Assembly (NCBI RefSeq): GCF_000281045.1
Contig: NW_008246089.1
Span: 206,737 to 270,736, forward strand
Length of the DNA stretch: 64,000 nt
Origin: Saprolegnia diclina VS20
Taxonomy: Eukaryota
Direction of reading: 5' to 3'
Below, piece by piece: positions 49,587 to 63,648 of this stretch. Position 1 is the stretch's first letter. The number at the start of each line of letters is the position of its first letter. Made by a program: the position numbers and the translations under genes. The notes under the pieces were generated by a model that was not told the origin of the DNA, did no database searches, and worked only from the letters and a program-made list of their open reading frames with translations.

Positions 49587-49646
49587 GCACTACGACTGCT
49601 AGATAACATGTGTGCGCGTGCATTATTACTACGTGTGGGCCTATTC

Positions 49647-50018
49647 TTATACTTCGTCTTCGCGCAACAGCATGTTGGGGATGCCATCGACGATCGGAAA
49701 CTCGCGGCCCGACTCGGGGCACGTGAGCGTGCCCTTCTTCACATGCACATCCAGAAGCGCGTGCTGCACCTTCTTCAAGACCTCGTCGTTGGCCATGTCG
49801 GCCTCGGTCATGGCCGACGGGAGGCCGTCGGCCACGCCGAGCGACGTGGCCGCGCCGTGAAACGCAGCATAATCGATCTTGGCGAGCATCTTCTTGACAA
49901 AGTCGGCGTTGAAGTCCGAGGCGACGACCTCGGTCTCGTCGGCCGAGAGGCGCAGCGGGAAGCCGTTCGAGACGCCCTTCTTGTTGCAGTAGAGCATGTT
50001 GTGCGTGATTAGGCGCAT
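49647..50018 (-). CDS. TRM112: Multifunctional methyltransferase subunit TRM112
   Basis: MRLITHNMLYC...GFPLRL...GTLTCPESGREFPIVDGIPNMLLREDEV. Confidence 0.96.
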   Translation of the reverse strand: MRLITHNMLYCNKKGVSNGFPLRLSADETEVVASDFNADFVKKMLAKIDYAAFHGAATSLGVADGLPSAMTEADMANDEVLKKVQHALLDVHVKKGTLTCPESGREFPIVDGIPNMLLREDEV

Positions 50019-50877
50019 GATGGTGCTAGTCGTCGAGCTGCTGCGTCAGTCGGCCTTTCCAAGAACTAGTAATCCGCTGCCACCAACCGCTGGTCCGTTG
50101 CGTCATCCGGATAATCGGACTGTGCCACAAACGCGCCACGCGGATCGAGAGCGGTCGCACGACGAATATGCGATGAGGTTTTCGTTCCGCAGCAAGCGCG
50201 CCGAGTACAAGAGGTGTCCCGCCTGTTAAAGGACGGTGAGCTCTAGCTCAGAGTCGCCCCACGAGCCCGTGGGTGGAAAGAGGCAGTGGGCAGACAGTGG
50301 TAAAACTCGGTACTTAACTGTGGCATCGTCGTTCGTATTGTTGTCACCATTTGCATGGTTTCCGTGGGCCCTTTACGCCGCAATGTCGGCAAGGCGTGGA
50401 CGACGTTTTCGCCCATATCTTGCAGCTCGAGCACCACGCAGACGAAGGACTATGTCATTGTAGAGTTGGACCCGTCGCTGACTCGTTGCGTCGCTGCCGA
50501 TAGCAGGGACGTATATCGGTGCATCATTGTCGTCCACCAGGCGTGTACTGTCTGCTCTTGATCGCAGTGTTCTTGCCCATCGTTGTTTAGACATGCCTGC
50601 CATTTACTAATCGTCGCCAGCGAAGCATCTTCACCACGAGCCAACGCACGAGCCTCCGTGTCGACGCGTTCGTCTTGGCACAAGCTCCACGCGGATGGTG
50701 TGCGCTGACGACGACGTTCGCTGGCGTGGCGACGTGGCGTGGCAGCAAGCAGCAAGGAGTGGAAACGCGGATAAGATTTTCGAACGCGTGCTGGGATTGG
50801 TTGGCGAATTTTTATTTTGACCAATCGAGAGCGGCGGACGCAGCTTGCCCTTGCGGTCACGCAGTCTTGAAAACGCC

Positions 50878-52022
<1,145 letters not shown>

Positions 52023-52388
52023 TCGGCTCATTTGCGCAGCTGCATGAGACCACTCCACATTGACAATACAATCGCTATTTGTCTCTAACGATCCATTAAC
52101 AGTGGAGAGGAACAGCGGCACGTGCACCGCCTAAAGCCACACCTAAAGTACGACGCCTAAACCAAGTCGTACGCGATCTTCTACGCCCAGCGTGCTAGCC
52201 ACTGACATAGTCTACGTGAGCTTGTAACTCTCTTGACCGTCTGCCCTCGTGTCGCGGATGTCAGGCCATGCGCAAAAATGACGTGGCAAGCGGAGAGCGC
52301 TGATCGACATATGCATCTTGAGAGGTCCTGTCTAAATGCATGATCGCAAACAGGCGTGACCTTTCGGGAGCCGTCGCCAGATTTCAAG

Positions 52389-53541
52389 ATGGCGACACGA
52401 GGCGCGTTCAAGATCCCCGACACGTCGGCCGACTACCTCTCGCCGGGTCCAAGCACGTTTGACTCGCTGCACCATGGCAGTCTCACCTCGGACATGTCGA
52501 TGCTGGACGACATTGACCCGAGCCTCGGTGCGTCCTGTCAGATACGACATCATGGTGCGATGCCACGTACGTAGCGGGTGGCTACCGCGTCGTGTACGAC
52601 CGAGAAACGCCATTCGAACTCCGTATTCAGGTCCTATCCGCGCCATCGTCAGCCACGTCTGACTGTTGAGACAGACGGACAATGCGCCGCAGCAAGTGGG
52701 CACGCTCGAGGCCATCAAAGTCAAGATTCTTCTCCTCGTACGTCGTCGTCTCCTTGCCTCTGTCGTGGTTTGTGACTGCAAAATGACGTGGCTAGGGCGA
52801 CGAGAACGATTTGAGAGCGCTCAAAATTGAGCTCTCGACCGAGTCTGACCTGTTCTTTTACTATACGCACATTTGCGACCTCGAGGGGTTCCAGATCGTG
52901 CAGGAGCAGCAAAAGCTCATGGTCGACTTTGCCGACTACGCCAACGTGCTCGTACGCATGTTGAACAACTGCATAAAGGAGCCGCACAACCACATCGCTG
53001 TGTACCTCATGCAGTCGGACGGCCGCGCGCGCCTTGACTTTATCCAAGTACCTTTAAAACGACGAGGCGTCGGCTCGCAATGCGGCGTAGAACATGGAGT
53101 ACAAGTTTGTCGAGCTCCTCTCGGTGGACTTTGCCCGCGCGCCCGAAGAAATCGTGCGCCAGCACATCACGTTCCGCTACAACACGATCAAGGTACATGG
53201 GCTTTCGTGCGGAACACGCTGCTGACGCACGCGTTTAGAGCCGCGTGTCTGCGCTGCAATCGCGGCTGCACGTACGTTGAAGGCTAATCCCCACCTCGCA
53301 TCGAATGGTGGTGTTCTTGCCACTCACCTGCAATGGATGCGTGTAGGAAGTCAACAACATTGTGAAGGTGAAGAATCCTTCGCTCCTGCTTCAAGTACGT
53401 CGCAGAGACATGGCTTCTCGCTCCTTTTAACGCCTTTACCAATGTATTTAGCTCCAAAAGGCCCCGCCCCCGGCTATCCACCCCAGCGGCACCCATGCAA
53501 CAGCCGGCAGCTCGCGCCTCACGACGGGCCGGTTCCATTAG
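52389..53541 (+). CDS. SAS-6-like (SAS6L) protein: SAS-6 head domain with a short coiled coil (spliced)
   Basis: KIELSTESDLFFYYTH, F..VQEQQKLMVDFADY, ARLDFIQNMEYKFVELLS and VKVKNPSLLLQL. Confidence 0.85.
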
Positions 53542-53650
53542 GTTGCGGTGGCTAACCTTTCGCCACCCACCGCCCGCTCCCACCTCAGTGTTGTGCACTG
53601 CATCGAAGCTACCGATGCGTTGATACGCAGCATATAAAAACGAAATTCAA

Positions 53651-53775
53651 GCGGATGCGCGGAAGCTTCTTGTTCCGGTGGAGGAGAGTGGCGCGGGGGT
53701 CCACCCGTCATCTCGTCGGATGCGCACCGGCGTTTCCGCCTTCAAGAATCCTTGGAGCTCCGCCAGCGCGTCCGC
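53651..53775 (+). ncRNA. Candidate structured RNA (long imperfect hairpin), unclassified
   Basis: Nested complementary blocks whose imperfect pairs are G-U on the + strand; see the finding. Confidence 0.35.
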
Positions 53776-54224
53776 GATGTGGCGCTTCGTTCAAACCTGT
53801 AGAAAATAATACCTTTTGGAATAGAATACTGTGCATTGTTTGGCCGGCTTCCAATCAGGTGTAACTATCACTTGAAGTCTCTATAAATCGATTTAACGGC
53901 ACACCCGATTTGTTGAGTTTTGGACGTTGACGTTCCGGCGTATCCCACAACCATCGTTGTCGATTGGCCGGAACGTCCGGTTCCAGAAATCGTGCGGCCG
54001 CGATTGGTTGCTTTTCCTCCAATCATATGGCGATTCGAAGATACCTTGGGTTTGTATGGGTTGCAAATCCAAGCCAGCAACTCCGAAAAGCTCCGTGAAG
54101 CTCCTTGCACCTGGAAGTAGGTCCACACTGAAATCGTTGAAGCAACAAGGTACCTTGGTCCCTCATGCTTTGCTTTCAAAATACTGCATTTCCGAATTAC
54201 CTCTTTCCCAGACCAACAACTACG

Positions 54225-54794
54225 ATGGACGAGAAGACCGACTACGCGCTTGTGCAGGACCAGTCGTCGCTGCGAAAGAAGGTCACGCGCGGTGTCCTTA
54301 CCTTCGTGTCCATCTTCCTCATTGGTCTCGGCGCCGGCGTCATCACGCAGGAGGTGAACCACAACAACATGGAGGGTCACAACTCCAAGTTCTTCGTCAC
54401 GGGCGACGTCAATTCGTGCTACGGCATCCACTTGGTGGCCAACGGTGCTAGCACCGGCGACAGCAGCGTGTGCCCGGGCGCTAAGAACGCTCAGTTCCTC
54501 GTCAAGAGTGTCCCGACTGCCGTCAAGTTTGACATTCCGGCGGCGCAGTGCTTTGCAAGCGTCGTGTACGCGACCAACCAGACGATCGACGGCTTCAAGG
54601 GCCCGACCTCGATCACGATCCAGAGCGCGCTCATGGCCACCAAGCTCAACGACAACACGACTGCGACGCAGTGCGCGACGGGCTTTAGCTTTGCCAAGGC
54701 GACGACGTTCTCGCTCGACTTGGTTGCGCTCAAGGGCGTGAACGGGTCGCTGCCGTCGCACAACGCGACGATCCTTAGCAGCCTCTCGGTCTAA
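54225..54794 (+). CDS. Hypothetical single-pass (type II-like) membrane glycoprotein
   Basis: Intronless ORF with host-like codon bias, one hydrophobic helix after RKK, 4 Cys and several N-x-S/T sequons. Confidence 0.8.
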   Translation: MDEKTDYALVQDQSSLRKKVTRGVLTFVSIFLIGLGAGVITQEVNHNNMEGHNSKFFVTGDVNSCYGIHLVANGASTGDSSVCPGAKNAQFLVKSVPTAVKFDIPAAQCFASVVYATNQTIDGFKGPTSITIQSALMATKLNDNTTATQCATGFSFAKATTFSLDLVALKGVNGSLPSHNATILSSLSV

Positions 54795-55304
54795 GCGCAC
54801 CAGCCATTTTTCTACATCGCCAATATATATGTATGCTGTCGTCACTGATGGATTTCCATCACCTTGGCTGGCGGAAGGTGATGTTCCGACGTGGCTGAAC
54901 ACACGCAACTCGGCAATTGGGCCGAGGAACCACGATTAGTTCCACGACCACGCGACTGTGCGTTGGGAGGCCTCGAGCGGCATTACAATATGAATTAGTT
55001 TCGATCTCCAAGGATATCCGCACGCAAGAATGCACTAGTAGTGACGAGGTATGATGATGGATCATCAATACACTGTACTGTATGTGACGTCCTATCGAGC
55101 TCCGAGCCGTGACGTTAAGCTCAGCACGATTCATTTTGCTGCAAGGTGCGTTGGTATTCGAAGGTACCATGCTTCAGCACTCACCTATTAAACCTTTGTC
55201 CACTACAGCAGCTAAGACCAAGACATTCGAAAGCTTGTCCCTTCCAGCCGCCGAGATGAGCTCATTTATGGCTGACGTTCTACCACCTATTCAAATGGAT
55301 AGCG

Positions 55305-57473
55305 CTATGTTGGTAAGCGCGCGGCCGTCGGTAGCATGACGCGCTTTTTTGTGAGGCTCCGCATCGGCGGCTGGACGGTCGCCAAGGACGCGCTGCTGGA
55401 CGTGAGACCAGCGTCGAGCACATCATCGTCGAGTCGCCCACCACTGAGTGTTGGGAACGACGTTGTTTCGGGCCACTCTTCGAACCGCGATGGTCGCTTC
55501 TTCTTCTCGACCGATCGATAACTGGTCGGGTGCAGACTGGTCGCCTTTTTGCCGAGCGATGGCGGCGGCGGGTGGTGCTGTCGTGGCTGCTTTCGAAATT
55601 CCGTCTAACGTGTTGCGTAAATCCACGAGATATATATGTGTAGGATCACAGTACCCAGCACGGCAGCGTCTGGCTGGCCACCGACCGCTGCCCGACGTGG
55701 CGGGGATACATACTCGTCGTCTCTGGCAGCACTTTGGGGGGGTTGCCGCGGTTGGCGAGCTCGGTTAATATATCGAGCGGGCTCGATGGCGTCGCAATCG
55801 GCGGCAACTCGACACCGAACTGCTTCTCGAGCGCCTCGCGCGTCTTTTCGGACGACTTGGCCGCGCCCAGTTGCTATAGAATGTACGTTTTTCATTTTGT
55901 CATTGTCGAGGACGTACGACAATTTTGGCTTGGTACGTATGCAGCTTTCGAAACAGCATTTGCAACACCTTCTTGACGTCGGCGGGACCCAAGTCGTCGA
56001 GCTTGGCGGGCACGATATCACTGGCGCTCGACTCTTTCGGGGCAGTGGACTTTGTGCCGAGTTGGTGCGTAATGTCGTGGATGGCGGTGGATAGAAAGCG
56101 CAGCGTATCGTCTTGCTCGCCAAGGAAGAGCGTCTTCTCGGCCCGGGCCGCGTCCAGCTGATCGCGGGCGTCCCGGAGCTCGGACGAGAGTGTCCGGAGC
56201 TGCACTTCGAGTTGTGAAGTTTTTTCGCTGAGGAGGCCGATCATGACCTCGTTGGCCTTGTTGACGCTCTCTTTCGACGCATCTTCTTGACTGAGCATCG
56301 TTTGGTGACGCTGCGCTGCGACCTGATCGGCTTGGACGCGCTCGTTGAGTTTCTTGATGAGTTTTTGGTAAAAATGGGTGCGTTTGGCCATTTCCACTTC
56401 GGTTTCCTTGTTGAGCTACGAGAAATGTACATAGTGTCCTCGTTCATGAATGTTGTAAGGTCGCACGGACTTTGATTTGAATACGCAGCTGCGCGACTTC
56501 GGCTTCCATGGTCTTGTACTTGGCGAGGAGCTTCTCGGTTTCTTTGCTCTACACTGCAATGAGCCCCTGTGACGATAGATGCGTGAGTGTATCAACTTGA
56601 TACTGTAGCTCCGAGATCATTTGGTCGTTCTCCATCATGGTGCGCTTGGTCGTCGTGTGCAGCTGGTCTTCGGTCATGGCCAGCAAATTCTAGACCATCG
56701 TCACGAAATTGATGCAAATTCGCATGGTCAACCTGTTTGTTTTCCTTGATTTTGATGAGCATTTCCTTCTTGATCCGCTCCTTCTCTTGTACATTTCGTC
56801 GTTCAATCTCAACCATTTGCTATACTCCAAAATTTGACTCTCAACACCGCCTTGCAAAGGGCTACCTGCTGGTGCGTGGCCTTTTCGCTCTCGAGGTTGA
56901 TCGAGAGCTTCTCGAGAGTCTCCTCCAGTGCAGCTTTGCGCTCCTGGAAGAGCTCGAGTGACTGGAGCGTGGTCTCGGCCGACTCCATGCGCTCGGCCCA
57001 GTCCTTTTTTTCTTTGGAAAATTGCTCGTTTTGGACCGCGAGCGCCGTCTCGTACTCGTCCGTGACAGCCTCCTTCTCCCGCTTGACGCTCTCAATGTCG
57101 GTCTCGAGCTGCGTAATGACCTCGTAGTTGGCGTCGAGCTTCTTGTGCAAATAAAAGTAAATGTCCGCCTATCCATAGGGAACCCCTCAGTTGGCGTCTC
57201 GGTCTGCGATCGAACGGACCTCGTCTTCGCGCTGCTGGAGCAACTTGGCCTTGAGCGTATTGTTCTCCGCCTTGAGCAGCTCGTTCTCTTGCCCCCTATG
57301 ATTTTTCATGCATGACGACGAGGATGGAGAAGGCGAGGCGAGGACATGTGCTTCATCTCGTCGTTGAGGAGCGAGAGCTCAAAGGCCAGGACTGTGTCGA
57401 TCTTGCCGAGCGCTTCCATCGCGATCGTACCAATGTCGCGGAGCTTGGGCCGGTCCGACTCCTTGGACTCCAT
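55305..57473 (-). CDS. CFAP157: Cilia- and flagella-associated protein 157-like coiled-coil protein (multi-exon)
   Basis: ERRNVQEKERIKKEM..KIKE.K..LLAMTEDQLHTTTKRTMMENDQMISELQYQSKETEKL. The 3' end is inferred. Confidence 0.75.
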
Positions 57474-57613
57474 GGCTCCCTCTCGCCACGCGCCGAGAGC
57501 TAGTCGACTATAATTAGGCGCGTAACTCCACTCGGGTTGACATTCTTTTGCAAGTCACGACAATATTGACCATTATGCGTAGCGACTAGAATTTTATTAC
57601 GATTTATAGACAA

Positions 57614-59043
57614 TTATTGGCTCGTGGCGTGGTCCTGCAGCACTACCCCCTGGGCCAACTGCGTCTCGAGTTCCTCGATTCTCGCTTTGAGGCGCGCGAC
57701 GTCGTCGTCGAGGGGCGGCAGCGGCTCAACGACGGTCTGGAGACCCGAGTGCCCGAGCAGCAACGCGTCAACGTCCTGCAGCAGCGCCGAGCAGAGGTAG
57801 TCTTCTTCGTCCATGTCGTCGTCCGCATCGAGGTTTTCGTACATATCATCGTCGTCATCTCGCGTCGACTCGTCGTCGTCACTGCTGCCTGACGGCGTGA
57901 GCAGTGTCGGCTTGCGCGGCCGCACACTGAGAGGTTTTTGGTGCCAGGGCAGCGCATACACCTAATGACGCGATTCAATTCATGCTCGACGTACACTCAA
58001 AGTACGACCTCTTTTGTCGGCGACACGACGGTGCGAAGCGCCAGGAGCGGCGACTGCCCCGTCGAGACCGCGTCCGAGTGCGCGCGACAACGCAGCGCTT
58101 GGGCCTTGAACGCCATGAAGACGAGGTAGATGATATCACGCGTGCGGTTCGAGTCGACTTTGAGGTGGAGCGGCGTGGGTACGCGCGTGTCGTGGCCCAT
58201 GGCAAGGAGAAAGCCGTTGGGGTGTTGCGGCGCCATCGCAATCTGCAAGGTCGACGAGTAGAGCGCTTCAAAGGGCGGAATGAGCGACGACTCGCAGCTA
58301 ATGCGCACGCGCTTGTCGTCAATGAGCAGCGACCACGTGTCCTACGTCCATTGTTGAGCTATTGCAAGAGGACGTCTTTTGGTACGTCTTTGGAGATTTC
58401 GTGGTGGTTGCTCGGCGCAATGTGTAGATTCTACACAAGGTTGGTCGTCGCGTCTCATAGACATGACAGGACTATGCATAATACCGTGAAGAAGGCGGTG
58501 CGGGCCTCGATGATGTTTTCGACATGCGACCGGATCGTCGGATCTATGAGGCGTCGTTGGTCCCACGGCGCTGTCTGTAGGTCTACCTTCAACGATCGGG
58601 CCAAACTCGGCGCAGTTGACGACAACGTCACCGTCGCTGCTCGCGGCGCGCATGTGCAATAGCAGCGTCGCACCAATGTCCTCGGCGGTCGGCTGGTACC
58701 AGTCGTCATTGGCGAACGGCACGGCGTGGAACTCGCCGCCGCGCTGCGCGCGGTACCACGTGAGCGCCACGTCGAGGCACGACCGCTTCAGCGGCCGGCC
58801 ATTGCACACTGCGAACACGATCTGCGTGTGGTGCACGCCGCCCTGGAGGACGACGCTCTCGAGGAGCGTGCGCGGGTGGCAGCGCCCGATCGCTGCGCAG
58901 AGCTCCTCGCGGTGGCCCGGCGTGGCCGGCTCGCGCTTCCACGGGCGCCGTATTGCGTCCTTCCAGAGCGACGTCCGAGGCGTCACGGGCGACGTCTGGT
59001 TGGTCGCTGGCATTTTCGTCGACTGTCGCCGGTCCACGCCCAT
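57614..59043 (-). CDS. Hypothetical protein with Ig-like plus PH-like region (SCAB/AIR9-type Ig) and an acidic/coiled-coil tail (spliced)
   Basis: LTWYR..GG....DDWYQPTAEDIGATL...GPI followed by YSSTLQI...LHLKVDSNRTRDIIYLVFMAF. Confidence 0.55.
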
Positions 59044-59933
59044 GGTTCCTCCGACCACTTGCCGTTGACACAACGAACTGGCCGCCATCATGGGTCGCCG
59101 CCTCGTTTTAATGACATAACACCCAGGCTGGCATACAAACACCAAGTACATTTTGAAAACGAGCCAATGAAAGACACCCAAAACCGTGGGTACCGGATAG
59201 AACGACCGGATGCACCGAAATGACACGGACGCGCGATCTCGGCCCAAGAGTGGGACGCGGCGACTGCTCCGCCAAGGATCTCTGGGCCTATGCTGCTGGT
59301 AGTCGACAGCACGCTAGCTGTTCTCAATAGAGACAACGATTGCGTCGACGGCACCGGTAGCCCACTTATTCGTTCGCTGCCGTTGTGGACAACTTGTCCA
59401 CAATGCTAGGTCGTACTACGCATATTTAAAAAGGTGCCTGGCCTATGCGTGCGTCAGCCGAGCTTTGCTAGCACAATGCGGTGCCGCGCACCGAGCCACA
59501 GTACCTCGTAGCATGCATGCCTCGTCGTCGCTCAAGAGCGTCCGACCTGGGGGTTTCTTAGGCGTTTCTTAGTGATGTTGAACGAGTACGGTACTTGAAC
59601 TAACTAAACTGAAGGAACCACAAAGGATACGGCGATTGCTTGTGCCAGTACAATGATGACTAAGGAGACAGCAAACGTACGTCGTTTACCCATGGCGATC
59701 GAATGCAACAAAGTTCGGCGTTCGGGGGTTCGATGTGGCGCCGCGTTGATGGCGACGACCGGCGACGTAACCGCTGGAACCTCTCAAAACGAATAACCTC
59801 TGTGGCCGCGATACCCCAAACGATTGGCGGAAGCGCCAGCGTGTTTGCCGACCGTTTATTTGACGGCGCCGCTGATTGGCTCTCGGCACATCCAGCTAAG
59901 TGGACGCAAAAATCCAAGTTGGTTCCTGCTACG

Positions 59934-62900
59934 ATGACGACGACGACGAAGGCCAAGTTTGGGACCTCGTGGCCGGCGACCAACCCGTCCTCGGCGCCGG
60001 GCTCGTGTCCGCAGCGCACGTACGTACCATGCGCTTCGCCGCGCTCTGCTCATGCCAACGATATCTTATAGCAACCCCAAGCTGTTGAAGCTCGTGGAGC
60101 CGCATGTGGCGTCGTTCGACTACATGCTCGAGGAGGGCCTCGACCTCGCCGTGCAGTCGATCGCGCCGCTGTCGATGGACGTTGGCAACAGCAACAAGAT
60201 GACCATTTGGATCGAGAGCGCGCAAATTGGCTTCCCGACCACAGACGCCTCCAACAACCACGCGGTACGTGATGCCACTATTATCATGCGCATCGCACTC
60301 ACGCGCGTATCGAGTAGAAGGCGATGCTGCCAAGCGAGTGCCGGCAGCGTGGCATCTCGTACACGGCGCCGCTCGTCGTGACGCTCGGCCGGTCGTTTGG
60401 CGGCTCGGCGATCGAGCACCTGCAGCGCACGGTCGGCCAGATCCCGATCATGGTGCGCTCCAAGCGGTGCCACCTCGCGGGCCTCTCGCCGCCCGAGCTC
60501 GTCCAGAAGCGCGAAGAAGCCAACGAGATGGGCGGGTACTTTATTTGCAACGGCAACGAGCGCTGCGTGCGCCTCCTCCAGATGCCGCGCCGCCACCAGC
60601 TCATGGCCGTCACGCGTGGCGCGTTCGCCAAGCGTGGCGACCTTTACTCGGACAAGGGTGTCTTCATGCGCTGCGTGCGCCGCGACCAGTCGGCGGTCAC
60701 GATGACGCTCCACTACCTCCTCGACGGCAACGCCACGCTGCGTTTCGGCATCCAAAAGAAGGAGTTTATGGTGCCCGTGGGCCTCCTCCTCAAGGCGCTC
60801 TACACGCTCACGGACCGTGAGGTCTACGACCGCGTCGTGCGCGGCGACACGGAGAACACGTACTTGTCGGCGCGTATGGAGCTCATCCTGCGCGAGTCCA
60901 AGCGCTTCTCGGTCTACTCGCGCGACGAGGCGCTCGCTTACCTCGGCAAGCACTTTCGGTCGGTCGTGCCCTTCTTGGACAAGGACATGTCGAACGTCGA
61001 GGTCGGCAACCGCTTTGTCGACGACTACGTCTTCGTGCATATTCCTAAGGGCGAGAAAGGCCGCGCGCAAAAGGTATCAAGCTATCAACCGATGGCATAT
61101 CGTGTCTCATCGTATGCGTAGGTCGAGCTGCTCTGCTTGATGATCCGCAAGCTGTATGCGTTCGCCAAGGGCGACATTCGCGAAGACAACCCGGATAGCG
61201 TCATGAACCATGAGCTCCTCTTGCCGGGCCACCTCTACCTCATGATCCTCAAGGAAAAGCTCCAGGAGATGCTTGTGAGCATGCGTCTGCAGATCGAGCG
61301 CCAAGTCGCCGACGTCAAGAACAAGGTGAGCGTCATCGACCTCGCGTACCTCAAGAAGACGTGGGAGCGCACGGCCAACATTGGCAACGCGATGACGTAC
61401 TTTCTCAACACGGGCAACCTCCGCACGTCCAGCGGTTTGGATTTGATGCAGCTTGCGGGCTACACGATCGTGGCCGAGAAGCTCAACTACTACCGGTACT
61501 TCTCCCACTTTCGCTCAGTGCACCGTGGTCAGTTCTTCACGACGATGAAGACGACGACGGTCCGCAAGCTCCTCCCCGACTCGTGGGGGTTCATGTGCCC
61601 CGTGCACACCCCCGATGGTTCTCCGTGCGGTCTCCTCAACCATCTGGCGGTCGAGTGCCAGCTCGTGACGTCGCCGCCCTTCACGGCCGACACGGTGCTC
61701 GGCGAAGAGCACAAGCTCGCGCGCTTCCTCGCCGACCTCGGCATGGTGCCGGCGACCGGCTACAGCGATGGTGCGTGCTTCATGCCGCACACGTACCTCC
61801 CGATCACGCTCAACGGCAAGGTCCTCGGTGGCGCGCCCGCCGAGGTCTGCACGATCATCGAGCAGGCGCTGCGCTACACCAAGGCCGTCAAGGACAACAG
61901 CGTGCGTACCGAGCGTGGTGTTGACAAGACGCTTGAAGTGTGCTTGATCCTCCCGGTTGTCGGCGGCCCGTTCCCGGGTCTGTTCCTCTCGTGCGACGCG
62001 GCGCGCTTCACGCGCCCGGTCAAGCAGCTCCAGACCGACCTCGTCGAGTACATTGGCCCGATGGAGCAGGTGTTTATGAACATTGCCGTGCTCAAGGACG
62101 ACATTCGCGCGTCGACGACGCACATGGAGCTCAAGCCGACCAACATGCTCTCGCTCGTCGCGAGTTTGACGCCGTTCTCCGAGCACAACCAGAGTCCGCG
62201 TAACATGTACCAGTGCCAGATGGCCAAGCAGACGATGGGCACGCCCGCCCACTCGATCGTCCACCGCACGGACAACAAGATGTACCGGATCCAGTCGCCG
62301 CAAGCGCCTATCGTGCACAACGAACGCCTCCGCGAGTACCAGCTCGACGAGTACCCGCTCGGCACAAACGCCGTCGTGGCCGTCATCTCGTACACGGGCT
62401 TTGACATGGAAGATGCCATGATTCTCAACAAGTCGGCGTACGAGCGCGGCTTTGGGCACGCGTCAGTCTACAAGCAGATCAAGGTCGACATTTCGCCCAA
62501 TGAAAACTCGACGACCAAGAGCTACTTTGGCAACGTCAAGCCGGGCTCGGCGAACGGCGAAGTGATCTCGACGGCGCTGGACCGCGATGGCTTTCCGCAC
62601 ATTGGCCAAAAGATCCAGTACGGCGAGCCAATTGCGTGCCACATCAACTCGACGACCGGGAAGGAGTCGTTTGTGAAGCACAAGGAGAGCGAGCCGGCCA
62701 TCATCGACCAGATCAACCTCCTCGGCAACACAGGCACGAACGCGGACTTTACCAAGGCCAGCATCAAGCTCCGCTTCGTGCGTAACCCGATCATTGGCGA
62801 CAAGTTTTCATCGCGCCACGGGCAGAAGGGTGTCATGAGTATTCTCTGGCCGCAGGCCGACATGCCTTTCTCCGAGTCGGGCATGAGCCCCGATGTCATC

Positions 62901-63648
62901 ATCAACCCGCACGCGTTCCCGTCCCGCATGACCATTGGCATGCTTGGTACGTGGCTTATTTTGGTTGGAAATGTGGACTGATGATGGCTTCTCTCTAGTC
63001 GAGTCGATGGCGGCCAAGGCCGGTGCGCTCCGCGGCCAGTACATGGACGCGACGCCGTTCCAGTTCAACGAGCAGAACCGTGCGATCGATACGTTTGGCG
63101 TGTACCTCAAGGAGGCCGGCTACAACTACATGGGCAGCGAGCCGCTCTACTCGGGCCTCACGGGCACGGTCATGCACGCCGACATCTACATGGGCGTGGT
63201 CTACTACCAGCGTCTGCGTCATATGGTCAGCGACAAGAGCCAAGTGCGTGCGACGGGTCCGCTCAACTCGCTCACGCGCCAGCCGGTCAAGGGCCGTAAG
63301 AAGCACGGTGGTATCCGCTTTGGCGAAATGGAGCGCGATTCGCTCTTGGCCCACGGCTGTGCGTTCCTCCTCCAAGATCGTCTCATGAACTGCTCGGACA
63401 AGCACATTGCGACCGTGTGCACCAAGTGCGGGAGCTTGCTCAGCACGCTCAACCAGCGGGCGGCCGCAAGCACGGCCGGCGCCTCGGACATTGAGGTCGC
63501 CCTCGGCGCGCGCAAGCTTTGGATGTGCTCGACGTGCTCGACGGGCGAAGGCTGCGAAGCCGTCGCGATGCCGTACGTCTTCCGGTACCTCGCCAACGAA
63601 CTCGCGGCCATGAACATCAAGATGACCATGACGCTCAAGGGCGTGTAA
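59934..63648 (+). CDS. RPA2: RNA polymerase I second-largest subunit (spliced)
   Basis: PHVASFDY, GGYFICNGNER, VHRGQFF..MKTTTVRKLLPDSWGFMCPVHTPDG, HNQSPRNMYQCQM, GDKFSSRHGQKG and GGIRFGEMERD. Confidence 0.97.
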
